This document shows positions 13,439 through 27,399 of a stretch of 64,000 bases of DNA, piece by piece. The notes under the pieces were generated by a model, which saw only the letters and a list, made by a program, of their open reading frames with translations, did not search any database and was not told the DNA's origin. The stretch lies in NCBI RefSeq assembly GCF_009914755.1, contig NC_060933.1. One strand, written 5' to 3'. How positions within the stretch are numbered: position 1 is the first letter of the stretch; each line of letters starts with the position of its first letter. The translations under genes were made by a program, and so were the position numbers. Origin of the DNA: the human T2T-CHM13v2.0 reference genome, Homo sapiens.

Positions 13439-13985
13439 TTACCAGAGCAGAAATCGCTTCAGGAACCAGTGCTGGAGTAGGAACAGCTAAACTGTAATTG
13501 ATTCATTGCAAGAGGTTAGGTGTGGATAAATCTGAGAGTTAAAAATTCCAGGGGGACCCAGTCCTGGAAGCCCATGCTTTTGAGAGTTTCGCCTTGGGAG
13601 CTCAAACAAATATTCATAGTAAATATGGAAGAAAAACTGCCCCCATGCTTCTGTCGGGGAGGGAGAAAGGAGCCATTTCGAAACTCCAGAGCACTCTGTT
13701 CTTCTTAAGGAAGCCTATCCTCTGGAGAAACTAGCTAACCAGCCTAATTAGCTGGAGTTTTATTGTAGACTAACTGATGTGGAAGGAGGGAAATATTCAA
13801 CTCCAGCCCACTCTAGCCATTCTGTCTCACCTAAGGAGGGCAGAAAGGAACCGAGAAATAAATGTAAAGTTCATAGTCCAGGGGCACAGGCTCACGAAAA
13901 CACTGAGGCCTAATCATAGGACTTCCTCACTCCTAGCACCTGACCACCAAATTATCAAAGGCCTATTTAAAGCAGTCCTTTTGTA

Positions 13986-14308
13986 TAGTCATCCCTTTGT
14001 ATTCATAGGGGATTGGCTTCAGGGTCTCCTGCAGATACCAAAATCTTCAGATGCTTAAGTCCCTGATATAAAATTGTGTAATATTTGTATATAACCTATG
14101 CATACACTCCCATATACTTTAAATCATCTCTAGATAACTTATAATACCTAATTCAATGTAAATGCTATGTAAATAGTTGTAATATTACATTGTCTGGGAA
14201 ATTATGACAAGGAAAAAAGGTCTGTGCAAATTTGCTACAGACACAATTTTATTTTTTAATATTTTCCATCTATGGTTGATTGAATCCACAGATATGTAGG
14301 GCTGACTG
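13986..14308. mobile_element. MER2 (TcMar-Tigger family MITE)
   Basis: 'tagtcatccct...ggggattgg...ctttaaatcatctctaga...agggctgactg' flanked by TA at 13984-85 and 14309-10. Confidence 0.9.
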
Positions 14309-14903
14309 TACAGCATATTTGGCTATCAAGAAAAAATTACAAGCCATACCAAAATGCAATAAAACATAGTTTAAAGAAACAAAGAAAGCATCAGAACCAG
14401 ACAGTGTAGGGATGTTGGCATTATGAGACCAGGAATTTAAAACAACTATGATCAATATGCTAGGGCTTTAATAGATAAAGTAAAGAACATGAAAGAACAG
14501 GTAGGCAGTATAAGCAGAGAAATGGAAAATCCTAAGGAGAAAGAAATGCTAGAGATCAAAAACTTAGTAACAGAAATAAAGAACGCTCATTGTTGGGCTC
14601 ATTAGTAGACTAGACACAGCTGAGGAAAGAGTCTCTGAAGTTAAGGAAATCTAAATAAAAACCTCTAAAACTGAAAAGCAAGAAGAACAAAGACTAAAAA
14701 AACAACAGAATAGTATCTCCAGGAACTGGAAAAACTACAAAGGTATAACATATACGTAATGAAAATACAAGAAGAAAAAAAATAAAGAGAGAAAGGAACA
14801 GAAGAAATATTTGAACCAATAATGACTGAGAATTTTTCCCAAATTAATACCAGAGACCAAACCACAGATCCAGGAAGTTCAGAGAAAACCAAGCAGAATA
14901 AGT

Positions 14904-14905
<2 letters not shown>

Positions 14906-14943
<38 letters not shown>

Positions 14944-14993
14944 AAGTAAAAGAAAAAAAGGAAGGAAGGGAGAAAGGGAGGGAGGGAGGGAGG
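14906..14993. repeat. Poly-A (~33 nt) followed by a purine-rich (GGGA)n tract
   Basis: Directly visible, inside L1 ORF1. Confidence 0.9.
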
Positions 14994-17900
14994 GCATATC
15001 TAGGCATATTATTTTCAAACTATAGAAAATAAACTATAAAGAAAAAAATCCTGAAAGAACCCAGAGGGGAAAAATACCTTACCTACAAAGGAATAAATGT
15101 GAGAATTACATCTGATTTCTACTCAGAAACCATGCAAACAAAAAGATAGTAGAGTAACATATTTAGAGTATTGAGAGAAAACAAAAGAAAACCTACACCA
15201 ACCTAGAATTCTGTAGCCTGTGAAATTATTCTTCAAGAGAAGGATAAATTAAGATTTTCTCCGACAAACACGCGCTGAGAAAATCTGTTGCAACTAAACC
15301 TTTTTTGGAAGTATATTAGAAGTTTTTTAGAGAGAAGGGAAACAATACAGGACAGAAAGCCAGATGTACATAAAGAGTGAGCATTGGAGAAGGGACAAGT
15401 AAAGGTATAGTAAAAACTTATTTTTCTTCTTAATTGATCTAACAGATAATAGTTTGTTCAAATTAGTGATAACAATGTATCTGATTAGGTATGTATGTAA
15501 TACACACACACATTCTTATGTATGCATATACATATATATATATGTATATATTAAATAAAAAACAGCAATGATCCAGGTATGGGAGGGAGGAAGTAGGATT
15601 ATTTTGTTATTATAAAGTATTCACAGTATCTATGAAGTGACCCGGTGTTACTTAAAAGTGGATTTGGATTAGTTGTAAGTGTATATTGTAAACTTTAGGG
15701 CAACCGCAAAAAAAGTAAAAAAGTAAGTATGCTAAGAAATGCTAATAAATGAGAGAAAATTGAATCATATAAAATGCTTAACTTAAACCACAAAAGAAAG
15801 ATAAAGAGTGGAAGAGAAAAAGGAAAACACAAACAAGAGCAGCAAATAGAAAACAGTAACAAATATGATAGATATTAACCTACTATATCAGTAATTATTT
15901 TGGAAATCAATGGTCCAAATGCACCAATTACAAGATAGATTGTCAGAGTATGTTTACAAAAAAAAAAGACTCCCCAACTGCATATTGTCTGCAAGAAACC
16001 CATTTTATATATAGAAATACAGAGAGAATAAAAGTAAATGGATGGAGAAAGATGTAGCATGCTAACACCAATCAAAAGGAAGCAGAAATAGCAATAGTAA
16101 TTTCAGACAAAGCCAATTTCAAACCAAGGAAATTTGTCAGAGATAAATAGAAACATGACATAGTAAAAGGTAAATTCTCCAGAACAACGTAACAATTCTT
16201 AGTGTGTATGCACCTAACAGCACAGCATCAAAATACATGAGCTAAAAACTGATAGAACTGCAAGAAGAAATAGACACATCTGTTCATATGGCTGGAAATG
16301 TCAATACCTCTCTATAATAAATGGACAAATTCAGCCAGTAGAAAATCAGTAAAGACATACTTGAACTCAACAACACTATCAATCAGCAAGATATTATTGA
16401 TCTCTATAGACTCCTTCATCCCACAACAGCAGAATACACATTCTTCTCAAGCTCACATGGGACACTCCCCAAAACAGACTACATTCTGGGCCATAAAACA
16501 CACATTAACAAATTTAAAACAATAGAAATCATCATACATTTTTTTTTGCAAACCAAAATAGAATTAAACTAGAAATCAATAACAAAGACAGTTGGAATAT
16601 TCCAGAATACTTGGAGAATAAACAGCACACTTATAAATAACACAGGAGTCAAAAAAGAAATCTCAAGGGAGATTTTTAAATATTTTGAACTGAAGAAACA
16701 AAAAACGCAACTTATCAACATTTGTGAAATTCAGCAAAAGCAGTGCTTAGAGGGAAATTTATAGCATTGAATGCATATATTAGAAAAGAAGTAAGATCTA
16801 AAATTAATAATCTAATCTTATACCTTAGAAAAACACAAAAATAAGAGAAAAGCCCAAAGTAAACACAAAAGTCCAAAGTAAGTGCAAGAAAAGAAACAAT
16901 ATGAAAAAGATCAAAACTGATAAACTTCTAGTCAGACGAAGGAGAAAAAGAGAAAAGACACAAATTACTAATATCAGAAATTAGACAGAGGGTGTCACTA
17001 CAGATGTCATTGACAGTAAAAGGATAATAAGAGAATATTATTAATAACTCTATAACTACAAATTTTATAACCTAGTGGAAATGAACCAATTCCTGTAAAG
17101 ACACAATCTGTCAAAACTCGAAAAAGAAGAAACAGACAATCTGAATAGGTCAGATGGGTTCACTGGTGAATTCTATCAAATACTTAAGAAAGAAATTATA
17201 CCAATTTTTAACAATCATTTTCAAAAGATAGAAGCAGAGGCAATACTTCTTAACTTATTCTATGGGCCCAGCATCACCTCAATACAAAAACCAGACAAAG
17301 ATATTGCAAGTAAACTGTGCACTAACGTGTCTCATGAGAATTAGTGCAAAAATTCTCAACAAAATATTAGCAATTCAAATCCAACAATATATAAAAAGAA
17401 TTATACACCACAACCAAATGGGATTTGTCTCAGGTACGCAAGGCTGATTCAATATTAGAAAATCAATTAACTTAATCCATCAAATTAACAGGCTAAAAAA
17501 ATAGGCGATAATGACAATAGAGGCAAAAAATGCATTTGACAAACTCCAACATCTCCAACTTTCCTGATAAAAATCTTCAGTAAACTAGAAATGAAAGAGA
17601 ATTTTTTTATCTTCATAAACAGTATCTACAAAAAAATCTACAAAAAAACATCAACTTAAAGGAGAGATACTTACTCTCCCACTAAGATCAGGAATAAGGC
17701 AAGGATGTCCCCTGTCACCACTCCTTTTCACCATAGTACTGGAAGTTCTGGCTAATGCAATAAGACAAGAAAATACAATGAAAAGTACACTGATTGGGGA
17801 GGAAGAAATAAAGATGTCTTGGGGAGGAAGAAATAAAGATGTCTTTGTTCACATACAACATGATTGTCTATGTAGAAAATCCAAGAGAATAAACAAAAAT

Positions 17901-18520
17901 GCTCTTAGAATAGCAATTATAGCAAGTCTGAAGGATGCAAGGTTAATATACAAAAGTCATCACTTTCCCTAAATACTAGAAATAAACAAGTGGAATTTGA
18001 ACTTAAAAATACAATACCATTTACATGAGCACACAAAAAAATAAAATACTTAGGTATAAATCTAACAAAATAAATACAAAATCTATATGAGGAAAACTAC
18101 AAAACTAAGGAAATCAAAGAACTAAGTAAATGGAGAAATGTTTTATGTTCATGGAAGGAAATCTCAATATTGTCAGGATGTCAGTTTTTCCAAACTTGAT
18201 ATATAGATTCAACATAATACAATCAAAATTCCAGCAAATTATAATGTAGATATTGACAAACTGATTCTAAAGTTTATATGGTGAGGCAAAAACTCAGAAT
18301 AACCAATACAAAATTGAAGAACAAAGTTAGAGGACTGACACTACCCACTACCTTGTTTTTTTACTATAAAGCTATAGTAATTAAGACAGTGTGGTATTGG
18401 GAAAAGAATAAACAGATCAATTGAACAAAATAGAAAACCCAGAAAGAGGCCCAGATAAATACAGGCAAACCTCATTTTATTGTGCTTTGCTTTATTTATT
18501 GTGCTTCACAGATACCGGTT

Positions 18521-18854
18521 TTCTTTTTTTTTTTTTTTTTTTTGGTTTTGTTTAGTTTGTTTGTTTTTTGAGATGGAGTCTCACTCTATCACCCAGGCTG
18601 GAGTGCAGTGGTGCAATCTAGGCTCACTGCAACCTCTGTCTGCCAGGTTCAAGTGATTTCTCCTGCCTCAGCCTCTGAGGGCTGGGATTACAGGCATGCA
18701 CCATCATGCCCAGCTAATTTTTTGTATTTTTAGTAGAGATGGGGTTTCACCATGTTGGCCATGCTGGTCTTGAACTCCTGACCTCAAATGAGCTGCCCCC
18801 CTTGGCCTCCCAAAGTGCTGGGATTACAGGTGTGAACCACTGTGCCCAGGGCCT
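18521..18854 (-). mobile_element. AluS inside Tigger1
   Basis: Complete Alu dimer with a T-rich compound tail. Confidence 0.95.
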
Positions 18855-20415
18855 TTTTTTTTTTTTAAACAAAATTGAAGGTTGGTGGCAATTCTGCATC
18901 AAGCAAGTCTATTGGCACCATTTTTGCAACATGTATTCACTTCATGTTCCTATATACATTTTGGAACATGTATTCACTTCATGTTCCTGTACACATTTTG
19001 GTAATTCTTAAAATATTTCAACCATTTTCATTATTATGAGATATGCTATGGTGATCTGTGATCAGTGATTTTTGATGTTACTGTTATAATTGTTTCAGAG
19101 TGCCATGAACCCTGCCCATATAAGACAGAGAATTAATTGATAAATATGTATGTTCTGACTGCTCTGCCAATGGACCATTGCCCTGTCTCTCTCCCTTTCT
19201 TTGGGCCTCCAATATTGTTGTATTCAGATACAACAATATTGAAATTAGGCCAGTTACAAACCTTACAATGATCTCTAAGTTTTCAAGTAAAGGGAAGAGT
19301 CACATGTCTCACTTTAAACCCCAAACTATAAGTGATTAAGCTTAGTGAGAAAGGCATATCACCAGCTAAGATAGACTGAAAGCTAGGCCTCTTTCACCAA
19401 ACAGTTAACCAGGTTGTGAATGCAAAGAAAATATTCTTGAAGGAGATTAAAAGTGCTACTCCAGTGAACACACAAATGATAAAGAAGTGAAGTAGCCTTA
19501 TTACTGATATACAGAAAGTTTTATAGGTCTAAAAAGAAGATCAAACCAGCCTAACGGTCCCTTCAGCCAAAGCCTAATCCACAGCAAGGCCCTAACTCTC
19601 TTTAATTCTGTGAAGGCTGAGAGAATTGAGAAAGCTACAAAAGAAATGTTGGAAGCTAGCAGAGGTTGGTTTGCAAGGTTTAAGGAAAAAAACTGTCTCC
19701 ATGACATAAAAGTGTCAGCAAGTGCTGACATAGAAGCTGCAGCAAATTATCCAGAAAATCTAGCTGATATAATTGATGAGGTAGTTACATTAAATACTGA
19801 TTTCAGTGTAGACAAAACAGCCTTATATTGGAAGAAAATGCCATCTAGGACTTTCATACCTCATGATAAGTCAATGCCTAGCTTCAAAGCTTTGAAGGAC
19901 AGGCCGACTCTCTTGTTGAGGTTAATGCAGCTAGTGACTTGACGCTGAAGCCATGCTCATTTGCTATTCCAAATATTTTAGGGCCCTTAAGAATTATGCT
20001 AAATCTACTCTGCCTGTGCTCTATAAATGGAATAACAAAGCCTAGATGACAGCACATCTATTTACAGCATGGTTTCCTGAATATTTTAAGCCCATTGTTG
20101 AGGCCTACTGCTCAGAATAAAAGATTCATTTTAAAATATTACTGTTTATTGACAATGCACCTTGTCACCCAAGAGCTTTGATGGAGATATACAAAGACAT
20201 TAATGTTGTTTTCATGCCTCCTAACCACAGTATCTATTCTGCAACCCATGGATCAAGGAGTAATTTCAACTTTCCAGTCTTATTATGTAAGAAATATATT
20301 TTGTAAGGCTATGGTTGACATAAATAGTGATTCCTCTCATGGATCTGGACAAAGTAAATTGAAAACTTTCTGGAAAGGATTCACCATTCTAGATGTCATT
20401 AAGAATGTCTGTGAT

Positions 20416-20500
20416 TTACTAAGGCAGGCAGATCGCTTGAGCTAAGGAGTTCAAGAACAGCCTGGGCAAGATAGCAAGGCCCCATCTCAATTTTTTGAAA
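20416..20500 (+). mobile_element. 5'-truncated Alu monomer (FLAM-like)
   Basis: 'aggcaggcagatcgcttgagc...cccatctc' flanked by 15-bp TSD aagaat(g/a)tctgtgat at 20401-15 and 20501-15. Confidence 0.88.
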
Positions 20501-20557
20501 AAGAATATCTGTGATGTATGGGAGGAGATCAAAATAGCAACATTAACAGGAGTTTAG

Positions 20558-20863
<306 letters not shown>

Positions 20864-20937
20864 ACACACCAGAGTTTAGAAGTTGATTCCAACCCTCATG
20901 GATGGCTTTGAGGGATTCAAGACTTTAGTAGAGGAAG

Positions 20938-22060
20938 AATGCAAGACCCTCCTAGATTAAACCAGGAAGATACAGAGTCTCTGGACAGACCGATAGCAAG
21001 CAGCGAGATTGAAATTGTAATTTTAAAATTGCCAAAAAAAAAAAAAATCAGGACCAGATGAATTCACAGCTAATTTTATCAGACTTTCAGAGAATAATAG
21101 GTACCCAATCCTATTCACACTATTGCAAAAGACAGAGAAAGAAGGAATCCTCCCTAAATTATTATATGAAGCCAGTATCACCCTAATACCAAAAGAAGGG
21201 AAGGACATAAGAAAAAAAGGGAATTACAGACCAATATCCCTGGTGAACATAGATGCAAAAATCCTCAACAAAATACTAGCAAACTGAATCCAACAGCATA
21301 TATCAGAAAGATAATACATCATGATCAAGTGGGTTTTATACCAGGGATGCAGGAATGGTTTAATATATGCAAGTCAATATATATGACTTGTAAAACAAGT
21401 TAAAAATTAAAAATTAAAATCTTTTTACATTTTTAATTTTAATTTTGGATTAACTTAAATTAAAATTTTTAATTTTAATTTTAATTAAAAATTAAAAACA
21501 AAAATCACATGATCATCTCAATAGTTTCAGAAAAAGCATTAGACAAAATCCAGCATCCCTTTATGATTAAAACTCTCAGCAAAATAGGAATACAAGGGAC
21601 ATACCTTAATGTAATATAAGCCATCTATCACAAACCCACAGCCAACATAATACTGAATGGGGAAAAGTTGAAAGCATTCCCTCTGAGAACTAGAACAAGA
21701 ATAGGATGCTCACTCTTACCACTCCTGTTCAACACAGTACTGGAAGTCCTGGCCAGAGCAATCAGACAAGAGAAAGAAAGAAAGGGCATCCAAATCGGTA
21801 AAGAGGAAGTCAAACTGTCACTGTTTGCTGATATGATCGTTTACCTTGAAAACCGTAAAACCTCCTCCAGAAAGCTCCTAGAACTGATAAAAGAATTATC
21901 CAGTTTCCAGATACAAGTTTCCAGATACAAAATTAATGTACACAAATCAGTAGCTCTTCTATACACCAACAGCGACCAAGCAGAGAATCAAATGAAGAAC
22001 TCAACCCCTTTTACAATAGCTGCAAAAAAAATACTTAGGAATATACCTAATCAAGGAGTC
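20938..22060 (+). mobile_element. Internal L1P(B) ORF2 segment with no 3' UTR or poly-A
   Basis: ORF 21668-22075 ([19 protein letters not shown]...LSLFAD); homologous to 6810-7805 in inverse orientation. Confidence 0.93.
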
Positions 22061-22381
22061 GAAGTATCAACATAACTTTTATATGTACTTGGAAACCAAA
22101 ATACGTGTGTGACTCACTTTATTGCAGTATTCACTTTGTTGGAGTGCTCTAGAACCAAACCAACAATATCTCTGAGGTATGCCTGCATAGTCAACTGGTA
22201 TTTCACAAAAGGCCACAGGCAATACAATGAAGAAAAACTTGTCTTTTTAACAAATGGTGCTGGAACAAGTGGGTATCCACGTGCAAAACCTAAAAGACAA
22301 ATGAAGACTGATTTTAAACTCTTCAGACAAATTAAGTCACAATGGATCACAAACCTAAATGTAAAATGCAAAATTGTCGAG

Positions 22382-22608
22382 GGCTGGGCGCGGTGGCTCA
22401 CGCCAGTCATCCCAGCACTTTGGGAGGCAGAGGCGGGTAGATCATGAGGTCAGAAGATCGAGACCATCCTGGCTAACACAGTGAAACCCCATCTCTACTA
22501 AAAATACAAAAAATTAGGCGGGGCTTGCAGTGAGCCAAGATCGTGCCACTGCACTCCAGCCTGGGCGACAGAGAGAGACTCTGTCTCAAAAAAATAAATA
22601 AATTTTTA
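22382..22608 (+). mobile_element. AluY with ~75-bp internal deletion
   Basis: 'aaaattag|gcggggcttgcagtg' junction; 15-bp TSD aaaatgcaaaattgt at 22363-77 and 22609-23. Confidence 0.96.
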
Positions 22609-23212
22609 AAAATGCAAAATTGTAAAACTCCTAGAAGATAACAGAGGAGAACATCTAGATTACCTTGGATTTGGTGATGACTTTTAAAATGTAACACCAA
22701 AGGCATGCTCCATGAAAAAAAGAATAGATATGCTAAATATCATTAATATTAAAAATTTCTGCTCTGTGAAAGACTGTCAAGGGAATGGAAAGACAAGCCA
22801 TAGACTGGGAGAAAATATTTGCAGAAGACCTATCTGATAAAAGACTGCTATCTTAAAAGGTGGAATATAAATGATATTTTCTTACAGTGTAATTTTCAAA
22901 AACAAAAACTATTTTGTCCTGGAGGCAGAAAGGAAAGAAAGAAGGTATTCTTGGAATGAAGGATGAGAATGGACTTCAAGGAGAAGGTGGCATTTACTCT
23001 GGTAACAAGCATTTAGATAGCCAGAACCAGAAATGGAAAGAAGAGAAGTGAAAATACTTCTAGTAACAAAAAGGTCTGTAACAGAGAAGAAAGAGTTAGT
23101 TATTAGAAGAAACTTGTAACTTCATTTATTTATTATTTGTATGACAACTCACTCCTGAAAATATTTGAGGCGGTTTAAAAGAATATGTATGAAATTAATG
23201 AAACAAGAATAA

Positions 23213-23500
23213 GATTCATTCATTCAAAAAAAGGTTAGTAAGCACCTCACATGTGTCATGCTAGAAGAAGAAAAAAATCTCTGCCCCTGTGAATTTTACA
23301 ATCTAGTGTAAGAGACTCACAATAGACACAAAAATAAATACATAAACAAATCTGTAATGCTATGAAGAAATGTAAAGCAGAGAAAAAGAGAAAGAGAGTG
23401 ACTAGGGTAGAGAGGGACATGCTGTTTCAGATAAATTGATCAAAGAATGCCTTACTGACTGGGCAACTTTTGAGCAGAGACCTGAATAAAATAAGGAAAT
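23213..23500 (-). mobile_element. L2 3' end
   Basis: 'attcattcattcaaa...agcacct...ctgcccctgtgaattttacaatctagtg...ttgagcagagacctgaa'. Confidence 0.8.
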
Positions 23501-23519
23501 GAAATTTGAACATGTCATG

Positions 23520-23750
23520 GAGTCAAGGCAATTGGGCTTCTTCTATCATGGTTTGAGGCTCACAGAAATGTTTCTGGAAGCGCAGGTAAAAGCTGCAAGA
23601 TTTCTTAAGAACTAGCTAAAGAACACAAAAAATTTCACTTCCATCTCATTCTAGTGGACCAGCAAGACATTAAGGCCAGCCTAGATTAAAAGAGAAAAGA
23701 ATTACTCTCCACTTTGCAATAGCAGAAGTAGGAAGAATTTGTAATGATCC
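23520..23750 (-). mobile_element. Old MLT1 LTR fragment
   Basis: 'tcacttccatctcattctagtgg...aaggccagcctagatt...actctccactt' MLT1K/L-like. Confidence 0.6.
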
Positions 23751-23819
23751 TTCATACTCCAGAGTTGTACAGAAGCTTCTAATTAGGTTGACACATCTTT
23801 TTCTAAAGAAATTATCCAG

Positions 23820-24118
23820 GGCCAGGCACAGTGGCTCACACCTGAAATCCAAGCACTTTGGGAGGCCAAGGTGGGTGGATCACTTGAGCCCAGAAGTTTG
23901 AGACAGGACTAGGTAACATAGTGAAACCCTGTCTCTACAAAAAAATACAAAAATTAGCGTGATGGCATGCACCTGTAGTCTCAGCTACTCGGTAGGCTAA
24001 GAAGGGAGAATCACCCAAGCTGTGGGATGTGGAGGATGCAGTAAGCCACGATTGCGCCACTGCACCCCAGCCTGTGTGACCGAGTCAGACCCTGTCAAAA
24101 AAAAAAGAAAAGAAAAAA
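23820..24118 (+). mobile_element. AluJ
   Basis: Full dimer, 'cacttgagcccagaagttt', A-tail. Confidence 0.95.
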
Positions 24119-24133
24119 CAGATGGTCTAACAG

Positions 24134-24367
24134 CAGAAGTCAACAAACAGTGCCCAAGCAAAATATAACCAGCGGGCCAAATCCACCCTGATATGTTTTG
24201 TAAATAAAGTTGTATCAGAACACAGAAATACCCATTTATTTACAGATAGTCTGTGGCTACTCTCTTACTTCAAGGGTAAAGTTGAATAGTTGCAACAGAG
24301 ACTACATAGCCTGCAAAAGTGAAAATGCTCACTATCTGACCCTTCATACAGAGTTTGTTGGCCCCTG
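24134..24367. mobile_element. MER58A (hAT-Charlie)
   Basis: 'gggccaaatcc...ttttgtaaataaagttgtat...gttgaatagttgcaacagagac...cccctg'; near-TSD gtctaacag/gtctacag. Confidence 0.85.
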
Positions 24368-24699
24368 GTCTACAGGAAAGCAATCATGCCATTTCTCAAT
24401 CATTCCACATAGTTCCCTAGTAATTTTACTTTTGATCTTAGCTACAAGTCCCTATAAATAATTAACTCTGCTTTGAGTAAATCAAAGTTAAAGAAGATTT
24501 CCAAAATGAAAACTAATATCTAAGCAAAAACCATGTGCCTCAATAAGAACAATAAACGTACTGATCAAATCACACCAAATGTAGAGCCAACTGAAGCAGA
24601 ATGCAGAGAAACAGGTGCTCTTCACACCACCAGGAGAATCAGGCAGCTAATCCACTACAACTTTCATCAATTTTGTGTTTGTTGCTTAAATTTAAAAGA

Positions 24700-25170
<471 letters not shown>

Positions 25171-25622
25171 ATTTAAAAAAGCACATTTTAAGATGTTAAA
25201 TGTAAATACAAATCCAAAGTGAGCAGTGAAGTCTTTAAAAACAATAAATAGCTTAAATGTAAAGCATGAAGGTAAAAAATAACCATAAAAGACATTAAAT
25301 GTGTTTAATATAACATACAATAATACAATTTTAAATAAGATAAAAGTAAGGACAATATAACAAATGAAAATAAAGCTAGATTTCAAAGTAAGGAATTAGG
25401 AATAAAAAACGTTTTAAATTATAAATAATAAAATGAGTAACTAATGCAAGAGATAAAGAGTAAAACAGAAAAACAAAGAAGCAAATAAGAATAAACAGCA
25501 TAAACAATTAGAGACAAGAATTAGAAAATTAAATACAATTTTAAGAAAATATATAAAAAGATATTTGAAGCAGGAAACTTAAAAGCTAGCAAAGTCACTA
25601 AATGGGCTGCAAATAGGATAAA

Positions 25623-25933
<311 letters not shown>

Positions 25934-25944
25934 TTAACATTATT

Positions 25945-26494
25945 TTTATTAGTCAGGGTTCTCTAGAGGGACAGGACTAATAGGATAGATGCATATATGA
26001 AAGGGAGTTTATTAAGGAGTATTGATTCACACAGTCACAAGGTAAAGTCTCACAATAGGCCATCTGCAAGCAGAGGAGCAAGGAGGCCAGTCCGAGTCCC
26101 AAAACCTCATAAGTAGGGAAGCCAACAGTGTAGCCTTCAGTCTGTGGCCGAAGGCCTGAGACACCCTGGCGAACCACTTGTGCAGGTCCAAGAGTCCAAA
26201 AGCTGAAGAAATTGGAGTCTGATGTTTCAGGGCAGGAAGTATCCAGCACGGGACAAAAATAGAAGCTAGAAGAGTTAGCCAGTCTAGTCCTTCCACATTC
26301 CTCTGCCTGCCTTTATCCTAGCCTCGCTGGCAGCTGATTAGATGGTGCCCACCCAGACCGAAGGTAGGTCTGCCTCTCCCAGTCCACTGACTCAAATGTT
26401 AATCTCCTTTGGCAACACCCTCACTGACACACCCAGAAACAATACTTTGCGTCCTTCAATCCAACCAAGTTGACACTCAATATTAACCATCACA
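25945..26494 (-). mobile_element. MLT2A (ERVL) solo LTR
   Basis: 'tattagtcagggttctctagagggacag...aagttgacactcaatattaaccatcaca'. Confidence 0.92.
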
Positions 26495-26521
26495 ATATTC
26501 AAATACAGGACTATAAAACAA

Positions 26522-26800
<279 letters not shown>

Positions 26801-27137
26801 TAAACAGCAGCTGCATAAAGGACGAATGTATTTAATATAAAATCAGAGGTTTAGGGCTGTCCCCAAGATCTATGTGAGTCAGAAGATCACAATTCTGACC
26901 TGCTGTACCCTCTGTAGGTTCACAGAACACAAACCACTTTAACAATTCTGGCCCTGGCTCTCGAGATCACAGCTCAGTGATGATGCCTCTTCTTGGCGGT
27001 GTCAGAGCATCCCAGTAGAATAGGAAATGCCCAGTTTTGCCCCTCACCTTTGTTGCCTTGTGGACCACTGGACTTATTATCGGACCTCCTTGCTCAAGCA
27101 GTCCTCTGCAAACTCTGAATGCAAAAGCTCCTGGCTA

Positions 27138-27308
27138 CGATCTCCAGGTAAAATACAGGAAACCCAGTTAAATTTGAATTTCAGACAAAAGAAATATTTC
27201 CCAAATATTGCATTGAACATACTTGTATTAAAAATATGTTTGTTTTTAATCTGAAATTCAAATTTAACTGGGTATTGTCTATTATTATTTGCTAAACCTG
27301 GCTACCCT
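27138..27308. mobile_element. MER53 palindromic MITE
   Basis: Perfect 24-bp inverted repeat acccagttaaatttgaatttcaga (27162-85 / 27250-73); end 'tttgctaaacctggctaccct'. Confidence 0.9.
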
Positions 27309-27399
27309 CCTTGAAATCCAAATGGCTCTGGCCATCCCAGGCACACCCCAGCCAACACTGAAGGTAAGGAAATCAATATTTCTTTAAATACCTGTAACT

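Noticed and set aside
19610-20445. TIGD1/CENP-B-like domesticated transposase gene
   Set aside because: Multiple frameshifts, Alu and L1 insertions, and retained TIRs mark it as a decayed Tigger1 copy.
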